A DNA stretch of 64,000 bases from Dehalococcoidia bacterium (GTDB lineage Bacteria > Chloroflexota > Dehalococcoidia > Bin125). How positions within the stretch are numbered: the stretch's first letter is position 1; the number at the start of each line of letters is the position of its first letter. Position numbers and translations under genes: made by a program. The notes under the pieces are model-generated. The model saw only the letters and a program-made list of their open reading frames with translations. It did no database searches and had not been told where the DNA came from. The stretch spans positions 928,001-992,000 of the forward strand of contig OY820591.1 of assembly GCA_963555985.3 (NCBI GenBank). Reading direction: 5' to 3'. Positions 1-9,110 of this stretch are shown here, piece after piece.

Positions 1-309
1 GATGCGCATCAGGCCGCGGACTTCGGGGCGGGGGCGTTTCCAGTTTTCGGTCGAGAAGGCGAAGAGGGTGAGGCACTGTACGCCGCGTTCGGCGAAGGCT
101 TCGATGGCGGCGCGGATGTTTTCGGTACCGGCGCGGTGGCCGTCGGTAGGACGCAGGCCGCGCTGGGCGGCCCAGCGCCCGTTGCCATCCATGATCACGG
201 CGACGTGGCGGGGGAGCGAGTCGTAGGTTGGTGCGGCGGCGCGGTGCGCGTTTGCGGTTCCGTTGCTGAGATGGGCGTGGGGAATAGCAGGGGCGGCCGG
301 TCGAGACAC
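1..309 (-). CDS. uppS: Undecaprenyl diphosphate synthase (runs off window start)
   Basis: Manual minus-strand translation gives PRHVAVIMDGNGRWA...GHRAG...LTLFAFSTENWKRP; follows frr. Confidence 0.93.
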   Translation of the reverse strand, partial: MSRPAAPAIPHAHLSNGTANAHRAAAPTYDSLPRHVAVIMDGNGRWAAQRGLRPTDGHRAGTENIRAAIEAFAERGVQCLTLFAFSTENWKRPRPEVRGLMRI

Positions 310-312
310 GAA

Positions 313-885
313 TTAGACCTCCAGGAGCTCTCGCTCCTTCTGACTGCCCGCTGCATCCACTTTAGCGATGAATTGGCCGGTAAGCGTATCCAGTTGGGAT
401 TCGGCGCGGTGTTCCTCGTCCTGGGAGAGGTCGCCGTCTCGTTGCATGGCGCGGAGGTCGTCGTGGATGTGGCGGCGTACGTTGCGGATTGCGACGCGCG
501 CAGATTCGACTTTCTGCGAGACGACCCTGACGAGTCCGCGCCGCCGTTCTTCGGTGAGTTCGGGCAGGATCAGGCGGATGAGCACGCCGTCGCTCTGGGG
601 GTTGATGCCGAGATCGGAGGTCTGGATCGCCTTCGTGATCGGATCGAAGGCGTTGCGATCCCAGGGCTGGATCGCGATCATGCGAGCCTCGGGTGTGGAG
701 ATCGTGGCCATCTGGTTGAGGGCCATGTTGGTGCCGTAGTAGTCGACGCGGATGTGTTCGACCAGGGAGGTATGGGCGCGGCCGGTGCGGATGGTGAGGA
801 GATCGCGTTCGAGCGCGCTGACGGCACCGCTCATGCGGTCATTGGCGTCCTCGAAGGCCAGGTCGAGCAGCTCGTTTTCGGACAT
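313..885 (-). CDS. frr: Ribosome recycling factor
   Basis: IRTGRA...IRVDYYG...ARVAIRNVRR; synteny. Confidence 0.97.
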   Translation of the reverse strand: MSENELLDLAFEDANDRMSGAVSALERDLLTIRTGRAHTSLVEHIRVDYYGTNMALNQMATISTPEARMIAIQPWDRNAFDPITKAIQTSDLGINPQSDGVLIRLILPELTEERRRGLVRVVSQKVESARVAIRNVRRHIHDDLRAMQRDGDLSQDEEHRAESQLDTLTGQFIAKVDAAGSQKERELLEV

Positions 886-911
886 CGGATCCGCCTTCCC
901 CCAAGCGCGGC

Positions 912-1661
912 TCAGGCTAGCTGAGTCTCGCCGGCGTCGACCCGAGTGCCCGATTCGCGCAGATTCGGGGGATCGAGCGCTGCGCTCACGATAGCGTTGG
1001 GCGCTTCGATGTTAAACACGAAGATGGGGAGGCCGTTTTCTTCGCAGAGGGAGAGCGCGGAGGCGTCCATGAGGACGCCGAGATTTTGCCGGAGGGCGTC
1101 GCGGTAGTTGAGGCGGGCGTAGCGTTGAGCGTCGGGGTTGAGGGCGGGGTCGGCGGTGTAGACGCCGTCGGTGCCGTGTTTGCCCATCATCAGTTGGTCG
1201 GCTTCGAGTTCGACGCCGCGCAGGGCGGCGGCGGTGTCGGTGGTGACGTAGGGGTTGCCGGTGCCGCCAACGCAGAGGACGATGCGGCCCTTTTCGAGGT
1301 GTCGGAGGGCGCGGCGGCGAATGTAGATTTCGGAGACTTGGCGGACGTGGAGGGCGGACATGGTGCGGACTTCGGGTCCGGCGGCTTCGATGGCGTCCTG
1401 GAGGGCGAGTCCGTTGATGACGGTGGCCAACATACCGGCGTAGTGTGCGGTGGCGGTGGACATGCCCAGTTCGCCGGCGAGTCGTCCACGGAAGAGGTTG
1501 CCGCCGCCGACGACGACGGCGATTTCGACACCGGAGGCTCGGCAGCGGGCGATCTGACGGGCGATGTCGTTGAGGGCGGTTGGGTCGATGCCGGAGTCAC
1601 GGCGTCCCTGGAGGGCTTCGCCGCTGACTTTGAGCACGATCCGGCGGAGCTGATCAGTCAT
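912..1661 (-). CDS. pyrH: UMP kinase
   Basis: RIVLKVSGEAL, VVGGGNLFRG, GTGNPYVTTDTAAALR; start placed at ATG 1661. Confidence 0.96.
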   Translation of the reverse strand: MTDQLRRIVLKVSGEALQGRRDSGIDPTALNDIARQIARCRASGVEIAVVVGGGNLFRGRLAGELGMSTATAHYAGMLATVINGLALQDAIEAAGPEVRTMSALHVRQVSEIYIRRRALRHLEKGRIVLCVGGTGNPYVTTDTAAALRGVELEADQLMMGKHGTDGVYTADPALNPDAQRYARLNYRDALRQNLGVLMDASALSLCEENGLPIFVFNIEAPNAIVSAALDPPNLRESGTRVDAGETQLA

Positions 1662-1697
1662 TGGGGGTTGCCGCTCGCGGGTGTGCTGTGTGGGTAG

Positions 1698-1965
1698 ACC
1701 CCCCTCTGTCACTGCGTGACATCTCCCCCCGCGATGCGGGGGGAGAGGGGATGGATTCCCGCCTGCGCGGGAATGACGGAGTTTTGTCGGCTATAGCCGT
1801 GTTGTGAGTGTGGGTGCTCGACATGATGTTCTCATCCCCTCTGCCCCGTTGGGGCAGCTCCCCCTCAAGGGGGAGAGGGGGAGGTGGGATGTGGGTTGGT
1901 GCTGGTCACGGCGAGATATCCCACAGGACGGGGACAGGCTCCGCGGCAAGCGCGGGTATGACGGA
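1698..1965. repeat. Cluster of REP-like palindromes
   Basis: CCCCCTCTGTCAC..GTGACATCTCCCCC..GGGGGAGAGGG, GGATTCCCGCCTGCGCGGGAATGACGG and CCGCGGCAAGCGCGGGTATGACGG, each recurring elsewhere in the window. Confidence 0.8.
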
Positions 1966-1999
1966 ACTGTGGGCGCGGGAGTGGGCGGGAGGAGAGGAT

Positions 2000-2494
2000 T
2001 TACTCGCCCATTTCGTAGCGGACGAAGCGTGCGACTTCGACTTTTTCGCCGATGCTGGCGATGGTGTCGTTGATGCGGTCGGCGATGGTTTTGCTGGGGT
2101 CGCGGATGAAATCCTGGTCGAGCAGGGCGGTGGCTTCGGGGTCGGCGTTGTCTTCGAGTTGGTCGACGGAGACGACGGCGGGGTTCATGGAGGCGATCTG
2201 CATGGCGATGTCGTGCGCGAGTTCTTTGAAGGAATCGGTGCGGGCGACGAAGTCGGTTTCGCAGCGCAGATCGACGAGGACGCCGATGCGTCCGCCGTGG
2301 ATGTAGCTCTCGATGAGGCCCTGGCCGGCGGTGCGTCCGGCGCGCTTGCTGGCGGTGGCGACGCCTTTCTCGCGCAGGGCGAGGCGGGCGGCTTCAAAGT
2401 CGCCGTCGGCCTGTTCGAGAGCGGAGCGGCAGTCCATGACGCCGGCGCCGGTCTCTTCGCGGAGGGCTTTGATTTGGTCAATCGTTACGGGCAC
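2000..2494 (-). CDS. tsf: Elongation factor Ts (short form)
   Basis: IKALREETGAGVMDC, LRCETDFVAR. Confidence 0.96.
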   Translation of the reverse strand: MPVTIDQIKALREETGAGVMDCRSALEQADGDFEAARLALREKGVATASKRAGRTAGQGLIESYIHGGRIGVLVDLRCETDFVARTDSFKELAHDIAMQIASMNPAVVSVDQLEDNADPEATALLDQDFIRDPSKTIADRINDTIASIGEKVEVARFVRYEMGE

Positions 2495-2596
2495 GGGTGG
2501 TTGCTCCTTTGGCGGGCGGGATGGTTGTTTCGGATCTCCCTCTGTCCCTGCGGGACATCTCCTCGTGGGGAGTGGGGGAGGGTTTTTCGAGTGCTG

Positions 2597-3340
2597 TTAG
2601 AGGGCTTCGACGGGTTCGGGGACGGTGTCGTCCTCTTCTTCGACGGCGCTTTGGCGCATGAGGCTGCCTTCGGCGGCGGCGTCGGCGATTTGGGCGGCGA
2701 GCAGTCGGACGGCGCGAATGGCGTCGTCGTTGGAAGGGATGGGGAAGTCGATCTGGCGTGGATCGCAGTTGGTGTCGCAGACGGCGACGATGGGGATATT
2801 GAGGCGGCGGGCTTCGGCGACGGCGATGGCTTCGCGGGGAACATCGACGATGAAGAGCGCGCCCGGCAGGCGGCGCATGTCGCGGAGGCCGCGCAGATAG
2901 CGGTGGAGGCGGGTGAGTTGGTCGCGGAGCTTGAGCGCTTCCTTCTTGGGGAGCAGATCGAGCTGGCCGTTTTCTTCGCGCTGTTCGAGTTCGATCATGT
3001 AGTCGACGCGGGAGCGGATGGTCTGGAAGTTGGTGAGGGTACCGCCCAGCCAGCGCGAGACGACATAGGGCATGGTGGCGCGGTCGGCTTCGTTGCGGAT
3101 GACGTCCTGAGCCTGGCGCTTGGTGCCGACGAAGAGGACTTGCTGCCCGGAGCCGGCGATTTCGTGCACGAAGGCGGTGGCCTCTTCCAGACGTTGGACG
3201 GTCTGGGCGAGATCGAGGATATGCACGCCGTTGCGGGCGCCGTAGATAAACGGGGCCATTTTGGGGTTCCAGCGGCCGGTCTGGTGACCGAAGTGGACTC
3301 CGGCTTCCAGGAGGTCACGCATCGAGAGTTGGTTCGTCAT
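2597..3340 (-). CDS. rpsB: 30S ribosomal protein S2
   Basis: LLEAGVHFGHQT..WNPKM, RWLGGTLTNF, PSNDDAIRAV. Confidence 0.98.
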   Translation of the reverse strand: MTNQLSMRDLLEAGVHFGHQTGRWNPKMAPFIYGARNGVHILDLAQTVQRLEEATAFVHEIAGSGQQVLFVGTKRQAQDVIRNEADRATMPYVVSRWLGGTLTNFQTIRSRVDYMIELEQREENGQLDLLPKKEALKLRDQLTRLHRYLRGLRDMRRLPGALFIVDVPREAIAVAEARRLNIPIVAVCDTNCDPRQIDFPIPSNDDAIRAVRLLAAQIADAAAEGSLMRQSAVEEEDDTVPEPVEAL

Positions 3341-3584
3341 CCTGCTCCTTGGGCACTACGGCGTGTGTTCCGTAATCCGCCCCTCAGTGTTGGATCGGCT
3401 GTCGGGCATTGGGATCGAGTATACGCACGCCTTCTGTCCTGCGGGAACCCGCTGCGTCGGCGCGATCTGTTGCCTGGCTGTCCCGGGTTGCTCGCAACGG
3501 GAGCGCAATCCGTGCTAGCTTGCGTACATGTATGCGGCCTGGAGGCCGCGCGTCCCCGTTTGCCAGTTTCTGCGGAGGAAGTCC

Positions 3585-3875
3585 GTGCCCCGCTACGCCT
3601 ACGAGTGCTTCGAGTGCGGCCACACGATTGAGAAGATCGAGGGATGGGACGCGCTCGCGCGCCAGCCCTGCACTGAGTGTGAGTCCGAATTGCAGCGCAT
3701 TCCCAGCCCGCCTGCGATCGTGTTCAAAGGAAGCGGCTGGTACTCGACCGATAACCGCAAGAGCAGTTGGAAGTCGCGCTCGGACGAGGATCGCGAGAGC
3801 AGCGAGTCGAGCAACGGCTCGGACGGATCGGCTGACAGCGGCGAGAAAGAGGCCGCTGCGTCGGCGGCGGACTGA
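3585..3875 (+). CDS. FmdB-family zinc-ribbon protein
   Basis: MPRYAYECFECG...CTEC...IVFKGSGWYSTD; GGAGG RBS before GTG 3585. Confidence 0.88.
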   Translation: MPRYAYECFECGHTIEKIEGWDALARQPCTECESELQRIPSPPAIVFKGSGWYSTDNRKSSWKSRSDEDRESSESSNGSDGSADSGEKEAAASAAD

Positions 3876-3893
3876 GCGACAGCGCTTGCTCTG

Positions 3894-4358
3894 ATGCGGC
3901 TTGTGCTTCAGCGGGCGGCCCGTGCTTCGGTGAGCGTGGGCGGCGAGGTCGTGGGGCGGATTGGGCGAGGGCTGGTCGTGCTCGTAGGTGTTGCTGAGGG
4001 GGATACGGAGTCGCAGGCGGACGTGCTGGCGTCGAAGACGGCGACGTTGCGGATCTTTTCGGACGCGGAGGGGCGTTTCAACGAGAGTTTGTTGGATGTG
4101 GGCGGGGCTGCGCTGGTGGTGAGTCAGTTCACGCTGTACGGGGATGTACGGAAGGGTCGGCGTCCGAGCTTTACAGGGGCGGCTCGTCCGGAGGCGGCGG
4201 AGCCGTTGGTAGAGCGGTTTGCGGCGCAGTTGGTAGCTGCGGGGGTTCGAGTGGAGACCGGGCGGTTTGGTGCGGAGATGGAAGTGGAGTTGGTGAATGA
4301 GGGGCCGTTCACAGTCATTATTGACTCAGCGGATTTGGAGCGTCCTCGTCGGGGGTAG
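3894..4358 (+). CDS. dtd: D-aminoacyl-tRNA deacylase
   Basis: MRLVLQR, VSQFTL, GRRPSF, NEGPFT. Confidence 0.96.
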   Translation: MRLVLQRAARASVSVGGEVVGRIGRGLVVLVGVAEGDTESQADVLASKTATLRIFSDAEGRFNESLLDVGGAALVVSQFTLYGDVRKGRRPSFTGAARPEAAEPLVERFAAQLVAAGVRVETGRFGAEMEVELVNEGPFTVIIDSADLERPRRG

Positions 4359-5229
4359 AGGCTGATTCGTCAATTCTGACGTCCAAGGCGATGTCTAGGG
4401 CTGGGGCGGAGTGGGTGAGGGCGCCCATCGAGATGTAGTCGACACCCGCTGCCGAGATCGCCTTGATCTGCTCGATTACGATGCCGCCGCTCGCCTCGGT
4501 TGTGGCCCCGTACCGCTCTGCGAGTTGCACTGCGGGGCGCAGGGCATCGATTGCGAAGTTGTCGAGGAGGAGGGCTCGGGCTCCGGCTTGGAGGGCTGCT
4601 TCGGCTTGGGCGAGATTGGCGACTTCGACTTCGACGGCGGTTGCGGGTCCGACGTTGGCCAGAGCGGTTTGGACGGTGTCGGTGAGGGAGCCGCCGGCAG
4701 CGCGGACGGCGGCGATGTGGTTGTCTTTGATGAGGACGCCTGCGGCGAGGCTGTCGCGGTGGTTGAGTCCGCCGCCGCAGCGGACGGCGTAGCGTTCGGC
4801 GGCTCGGAGTCCGGGTGTGGTTTTGCGGGTGTCGAGGATGCGGGCGTCGCCGCCGGCGCTGGCTGCGGCGACAGCTTGGGCGGTGAGAGTGGCGGTACCG
4901 GAGAGGCGCTGGATCCAGTTGAGGGCGACGCGCTCGGCTCGGAGCAGGGCGCTCAGGGGGCCGGTTGCGGTTCCCAAGACGGTTCCGCTCGTTGCCTGTT
5001 TGCCGTCGGCGGTGTTCGGCTCGAAGGTTGCTCCGGTTGCGGCGAAGGCGGCTTGGGCGAAGGCGAGGCCGCAGATGACGCCGCTCGCTCTGGCGATCAT
5101 TTCGGCTTGACCGGTTCCCAGCCATGCGGAGAGGGATTGGGTGGTGACGTCGAGGTCGGCGCGGTCTTCGGCGAGTGAGGCGGCGACCAGGGTGCGCACG
5201 AGCTGGGGATCGAGCGGCTCGAAGCTCAT
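4318..5229 (-). CDS. nadC: Quinolinate phosphoribosyltransferase
   Basis: [29 protein letters not shown]. Confidence 0.96.
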   Translation of the reverse strand: MSFEPLDPQLVRTLVAASLAEDRADLDVTTQSLSAWLGTGQAEMIARASGVICGLAFAQAAFAATGATFEPNTADGKQATSGTVLGTATGPLSALLRAERVALNWIQRLSGTATLTAQAVAAASAGGDARILDTRKTTPGLRAAERYAVRCGGGLNHRDSLAAGVLIKDNHIAAVRAAGGSLTDTVQTALANVGPATAVEVEVANLAQAEAALQAGARALLLDNFAIDALRPAVQLAERYGATTEASGGIVIEQIKAISAAGVDYISMGALTHSAPALDIALDVRIDESASTPDEDAPNPLSQ

Positions 5230-5233
5230 TGCG

Positions 5234-6754
5234 CTACTCCCGGGCCAAGCGCCAGGAGAGATGGCGCTGCCAGGTTGGGTCGGTCTGTGGGTAGTCGTCT
5301 CGCAGGTGCGCGCCGCGCGATTCGGTTCGTTCGAGGGCGGCGAGCGCGATCGTGGTGGCGCTGAGGGTTGCGAGAGCGAGTGAAGGGTCGGCGTGGTTTG
5401 GAGTTTCGCCGTTCCAGGCTTGGAGTTGGTTGGCGGCGTTTTGCAAGCCGGATTGGGAGCGGGTGATGCCGACGTGGTTGCTCATCAGGGTGCGCAAGGC
5501 GCTCCAAGAGGGTGCGCTGACTGTGAGGGGGAGGTGAAGCTCGGATAGGTCGGTTGGAGGCTGGGCTGGTTGATTGGCGTTGTTTGCGATTGCGTTGGCG
5601 GCGCGGGTGGAGAAGACGGCGGCTTCGAGGAGGGAGTTGGAGGCGACGCGGTTGGCTCCGTGCGCGCCGGTAGCGGCGGATTCGCCGCAGGCGTAGAGGC
5701 CGGGGACGGTGGTGCGGGCGTGGAGGTCGGTGTAGACGCCGCCCATGTGGTAGTGAGCAGCGGGGGCGACGGGGATGGAGCCGGCGGTGAGGTCGCAGCC
5801 GCGTTGGAGGCAGCCGGCGTAGACGCCCGGGAAGCGCTGCTTGATGAAATCGGGGCCTCGGTGGGAGATGTCAAGCCGAACATGGTTGGTCTGGTCTTGG
5901 CGCATGGTTTCGGTGATGGCGCGGGCGACGACGCTGCGGGGGGCGAGTTCGGCGTCGGGGTGGAAGGCAGGCATGAAGCGGTCGCCGGCGGCGTTCAGGA
6001 GGGTTGCGCCTTCGCCTCGGAGCGCTTCGGAGACAAGGAAGGCGTCGTCTGCGGTGGCTAGGGCGGTGGGGTGAAACTGGACGAACTCGAGGTCGCGGAC
6101 GACTGCGCCGGCGCGGAGGGCGAGAGCAATGCCGTCGGCGGTGGCGTTGGGCGGGTTGGTGGTGGTTTGGTAGAGGGCGCCCGCGCCGCCAGTGGCGAGG
6201 ATGGTGGCTTGGGCGGTGATGGTCTCTAGCCGTCCATTGGAGTCCGTGATCACAGCGCCTACGCAGCGTCCTGCTTCGATGGCCAAGTCGATCACGGTGG
6301 TGTCGGTGCGGACATCGACGTTGGCGTCGGCGAGGGCCTGGGTGAGGGCGCGCTGGATGTGGAAGCCGGTGCGGTCGCCGCCGGCGTGGAGGACGCGGGG
6401 TTGAGAGTGGGCGCCTTCTCGGGCAAGGGCAAGCGCTCCGTCGTGTTGGCGGTCGAAGTGGACTCCGAGTTCGATCAAGCGGGCGACGACGGCGGGGCCT
6501 TCCTGGGCGAGGACGCTGACGGCGGCGGGATCGCAGAGTCCGTCACCGGCGCGGATGGTGTCGTCGGCGTGGCGTTGGGGGTCGTCGGAGGTTGCGACGG
6601 CGGCGGCGATGCCGCCCTGGGCCTGGCGGGTGTTGGTTTGTTCGAGTTGGGTTTTGCTGAGCAGGCAGACGGAGGTATGGCGTGCTGTGAGCAAGGCGGC
6701 GTTGAGTCCGGCGAGGCCGCTGCCGATGATGAGGACGCCGACGTGGGTGGACAT
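5234..6754 (-). CDS. nadB: L-aspartate oxidase
   Basis: GSGLAG, AQGGIAA, QFHPT, HYHMGG, HGANRVASNSLLE. Confidence 0.96.
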   Translation of the reverse strand: MSTHVGVLIIGSGLAGLNAALLTARHTSVCLLSKTQLEQTNTRQAQGGIAAAVATSDDPQRHADDTIRAGDGLCDPAAVSVLAQEGPAVVARLIELGVHFDRQHDGALALAREGAHSQPRVLHAGGDRTGFHIQRALTQALADANVDVRTDTTVIDLAIEAGRCVGAVITDSNGRLETITAQATILATGGAGALYQTTTNPPNATADGIALALRAGAVVRDLEFVQFHPTALATADDAFLVSEALRGEGATLLNAAGDRFMPAFHPDAELAPRSVVARAITETMRQDQTNHVRLDISHRGPDFIKQRFPGVYAGCLQRGCDLTAGSIPVAPAAHYHMGGVYTDLHARTTVPGLYACGESAATGAHGANRVASNSLLEAAVFSTRAANAIANNANQPAQPPTDLSELHLPLTVSAPSWSALRTLMSNHVGITRSQSGLQNAANQLQAWNGETPNHADPSLALATLSATTIALAALERTESRGAHLRDDYPQTDPTWQRHLSWRLARE

Positions 6755-6757
6755 TTG

Positions 6758-7975
6758 CTAGGTGATTTGGAGCATTCGGTCGAGGGCGACTCGGGCCCAT
6801 TTGCGAGTGTCCTGGTCGACGCTGACCTGGTTGACGATGCGTCCTTCGACCAGGGATTCGGTGACCCAGGCGAGGTAGGCGGGGTGAACTCGGTACATGG
6901 TGGCGCAGGGGCAGATGACGGGATCGAGGCAGAAGGCGGTCTTGCCCTCGTGCGCGACCTCGGCGTTGAGCCGATGCACGAGGTTGATCTCAGTACCGAC
7001 GGCGTAGACGCCCGGGGGTCCGTTGCGGACGTAGTTGATGATGTACTCGGTGGAGCCGTTGGCGTCGGCGGCGTCGACGACGGGTTCGGGGCACTCGGGG
7101 TGGACGACGACCCGGCAGCCCGGGTGCTCGCGGCGGGCTTTTTCGATCTGGTCGACGCGGAAGCGAATGTGGACGGAGCAGTGTCCTTGCCAGAGGAGGA
7201 TTTTGGAGGAGCGGACGCGGTCTGGTTTGAGTCCGCCGAGGGCTTTGCGGGGACTCCAGACCGCCATTTCGGTGCGCGGGTCGATGCCCATGCCTTTGCC
7301 GGTGTTGCGGCCGAGGTGCTGGTCGGGGAAGAAGAGCACCTGGTCGCCTTGCTCGAAGGCCCATTCGAGGACGGCGGTTGCGTTGGAGGAGGTACAGACC
7401 GCGCCGCCGTTGCGTCCAACGAAGGCCTTGAGGGAGGCGGCGGAGTTCATATAGGTGATGGGGATGGTGCGGGAAGTATCGACGACTTCGCTGAGTTCGT
7501 CCCAGCCGTCGTAAACATCATCGGGTTGGGCCATGTCGGCCATAGAGCAGCCGGCGGCCAGGTTGGGGAGGATCACGGTCTGTTCGGGGGTGGCGAGGAT
7601 GTCGGCGCTTTCGGCCATGAAGTGGACGCCGCAGAAGACGATGAAGTCGGCGTCGGGGCGGCTGGCGGCCTGTTGAGCGAGCTTGAAGGAGTCGCCGCGG
7701 AAGTCGGCGAATTCGATGATGTCGTCGCGTTGGTAGTGGTGTCCGAGGATCAGCAGGCGGTCGCCGAGTTGGGCGCGAGCGGCGCGGATGCGTTCGCGGA
7801 GTTCGTCGCCGCTGAGGTTGAGGTACGACCGGGGGATTTCGGGCTGCCAGTCGCCGAGATGGGGTTCGCTGACGAGGGGGATGGTGCCGATGTCGGTTTC
7901 GCAGGCCTCGTCGGGGAGATCGGGCGGGAGCAGATCGGGGACATAATCGGTGGGGACGACGGTTGGGGTGGTCAT
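6758..7975 (-). CDS. nadA: Quinolinate synthase
   Basis: GHHYQ, FCGVHFMAE, AGCSMADM, VHPEC. Confidence 0.96.
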   Translation of the reverse strand: MTTPTVVPTDYVPDLLPPDLPDEACETDIGTIPLVSEPHLGDWQPEIPRSYLNLSGDELRERIRAARAQLGDRLLILGHHYQRDDIIEFADFRGDSFKLAQQAASRPDADFIVFCGVHFMAESADILATPEQTVILPNLAAGCSMADMAQPDDVYDGWDELSEVVDTSRTIPITYMNSAASLKAFVGRNGGAVCTSSNATAVLEWAFEQGDQVLFFPDQHLGRNTGKGMGIDPRTEMAVWSPRKALGGLKPDRVRSSKILLWQGHCSVHIRFRVDQIEKARREHPGCRVVVHPECPEPVVDAADANGSTEYIINYVRNGPPGVYAVGTEINLVHRLNAEVAHEGKTAFCLDPVICPCATMYRVHPAYLAWVTESLVEGRIVNQVSVDQDTRKWARVALDRMLQIT

Positions 7976-7996
7976 GGCGGGCTCTCGGCGGGGTAG

Positions 7997-8017
7997 TTAG
8001 TGTCAGTGTGACACTAA
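7997..8017. promoter_or_regulatory. Putative NrtR operator upstream of nadA
   Basis: 21-bp palindrome TTAGTGTCAGTGTGACACTAA with GT-N7-AC core; NrtR-like gene nearby. Confidence 0.8.
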
Positions 8018-8220
8018 GGATGTCTGAGAGTGTTGCAAATCTGAGTGTGTGCTGTCAAGTCCCCCTTGATGAGCCGGGCGGTGGTTGGGAGTGTCAGAAG
8101 TCGTCGTCTTTCTGCGTGCTCTCGTCTCTAGGACAAGGACGTAGTGGTGCTTCCCGGGCTCGTCGATCTGGTCGGGTTCGAGCAGCTTGGGTGCAGGACT
8201 CGGCGAGTGATCCCCGCCTT

Positions 8221-8368
8221 CGGAGACGTTTGCGAAATCCATCCCGGTACGTTGGGACCTCGGAGAAGCGGAACGTGCAATGTGAGGTCGGTGGTACGAC
8301 CAGATTGGGAGTGACTTCACACTTGGTTGCTTCGAGATTCCCGCCTGCGCGGGAATGACGGAAATGGG
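8221..8368 (-). mobile_element. MITE-like repeat, copy 1
   Basis: Reverse complement closely matches 35315-35505 and 38203-38350. Confidence 0.75.
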
Positions 8369-8435
8369 AGTGGGATGCCCCCTCCGTCGCTCCACGACAC
8401 CTCCCCCAGGGGGTGGTCTAGAGAGAGGATGAGGG

Positions 8436-9107
8436 TTAGCGGTTGACGAATCGGTAGAGGCGGGCGGGGCGGTGGCGGCCGTCGGTTCGTGACTCCGAGG
8501 TGGCTTGGATGAAATCGGTGGCGAGCAGGCGGCGGCGGAAGTTTCGTTTGTCGAGGTGGCGGCCGAGGATGGCTTCGTAGACCTGTTGGAGTTCGCGCAT
8601 GGTGAAGAGCGGGGGAAGGAGGCTGTAGGCGGCGTCGGTGTATTGGAGCTTGTTGATCAGGCGCTCGCGGGCGACGGCGATGACTCGTTCGTTGGCGAAA
8701 GCGAGCGGGGGCATTCGCTCGAGGTCGAACCAAGCGGGTCTCCAGGCGGTGCGCTGGGCGAGGCGGACGCGGGACTGGTCGACGAGGGCGAACCAGGCGA
8801 CGGCGACGGAGCCGTCGGGGTTGGATTGATCGAGGTCGCCGAAGGTATAGAGCTGTTCGAGGAAGAGGTCGGTGACGCCGGTTTCTTCGGCGAGTTTGCG
8901 GACGGCGGCGTTTTCGAGCGATTCCCCGTGTTGGAGGGCGCCGCCGGGGATGGCCCACATCCCTTCGCAGGGGGCGGCGGAACGCTCGATCAGAAGCACT
9001 TGCAGGCGCTCCTCTTCGACGGTGAAGATGACGACGAGGACGGCGACATCGGGCTGTCGCTGTTGGGGGCGGCGCTCAGCGGCTGGGGGGGCGATTTCGG
9101 TAGTCAT
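8436..9107 (-). CDS. nrtR: Nudix-related transcriptional regulator
   Basis: Nudix box (WAIPGG..GESLENAAVRKLAEETG), LEQLYTFG, C-terminal wHTH (FTMRELQQVYEAIL..DKRNFRR..RPARLY). Confidence 0.9.
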   Translation of the reverse strand: MTTEIAPPAAERRPQQRQPDVAVLVVIFTVEEERLQVLLIERSAAPCEGMWAIPGGALQHGESLENAAVRKLAEETGVTDLFLEQLYTFGDLDQSNPDGSVAVAWFALVDQSRVRLAQRTAWRPAWFDLERMPPLAFANERVIAVARERLINKLQYTDAAYSLLPPLFTMRELQQVYEAILGRHLDKRNFRRRLLATDFIQATSESRTDGRHRPARLYRFVNR

Positions 9108-9110
9108 GGC

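Noticed and set aside
3341-3560. Structured rpsB leader RNA
   Set aside because: Plausible from known S2 autoregulation, but I cannot define boundaries or structure by eye
1808-3631. Long antisense ORFs (also 6359-7996, 35648-37603, 39976-41841 and others)
   Set aside because: Shadow frames of real genes in high-GC DNA
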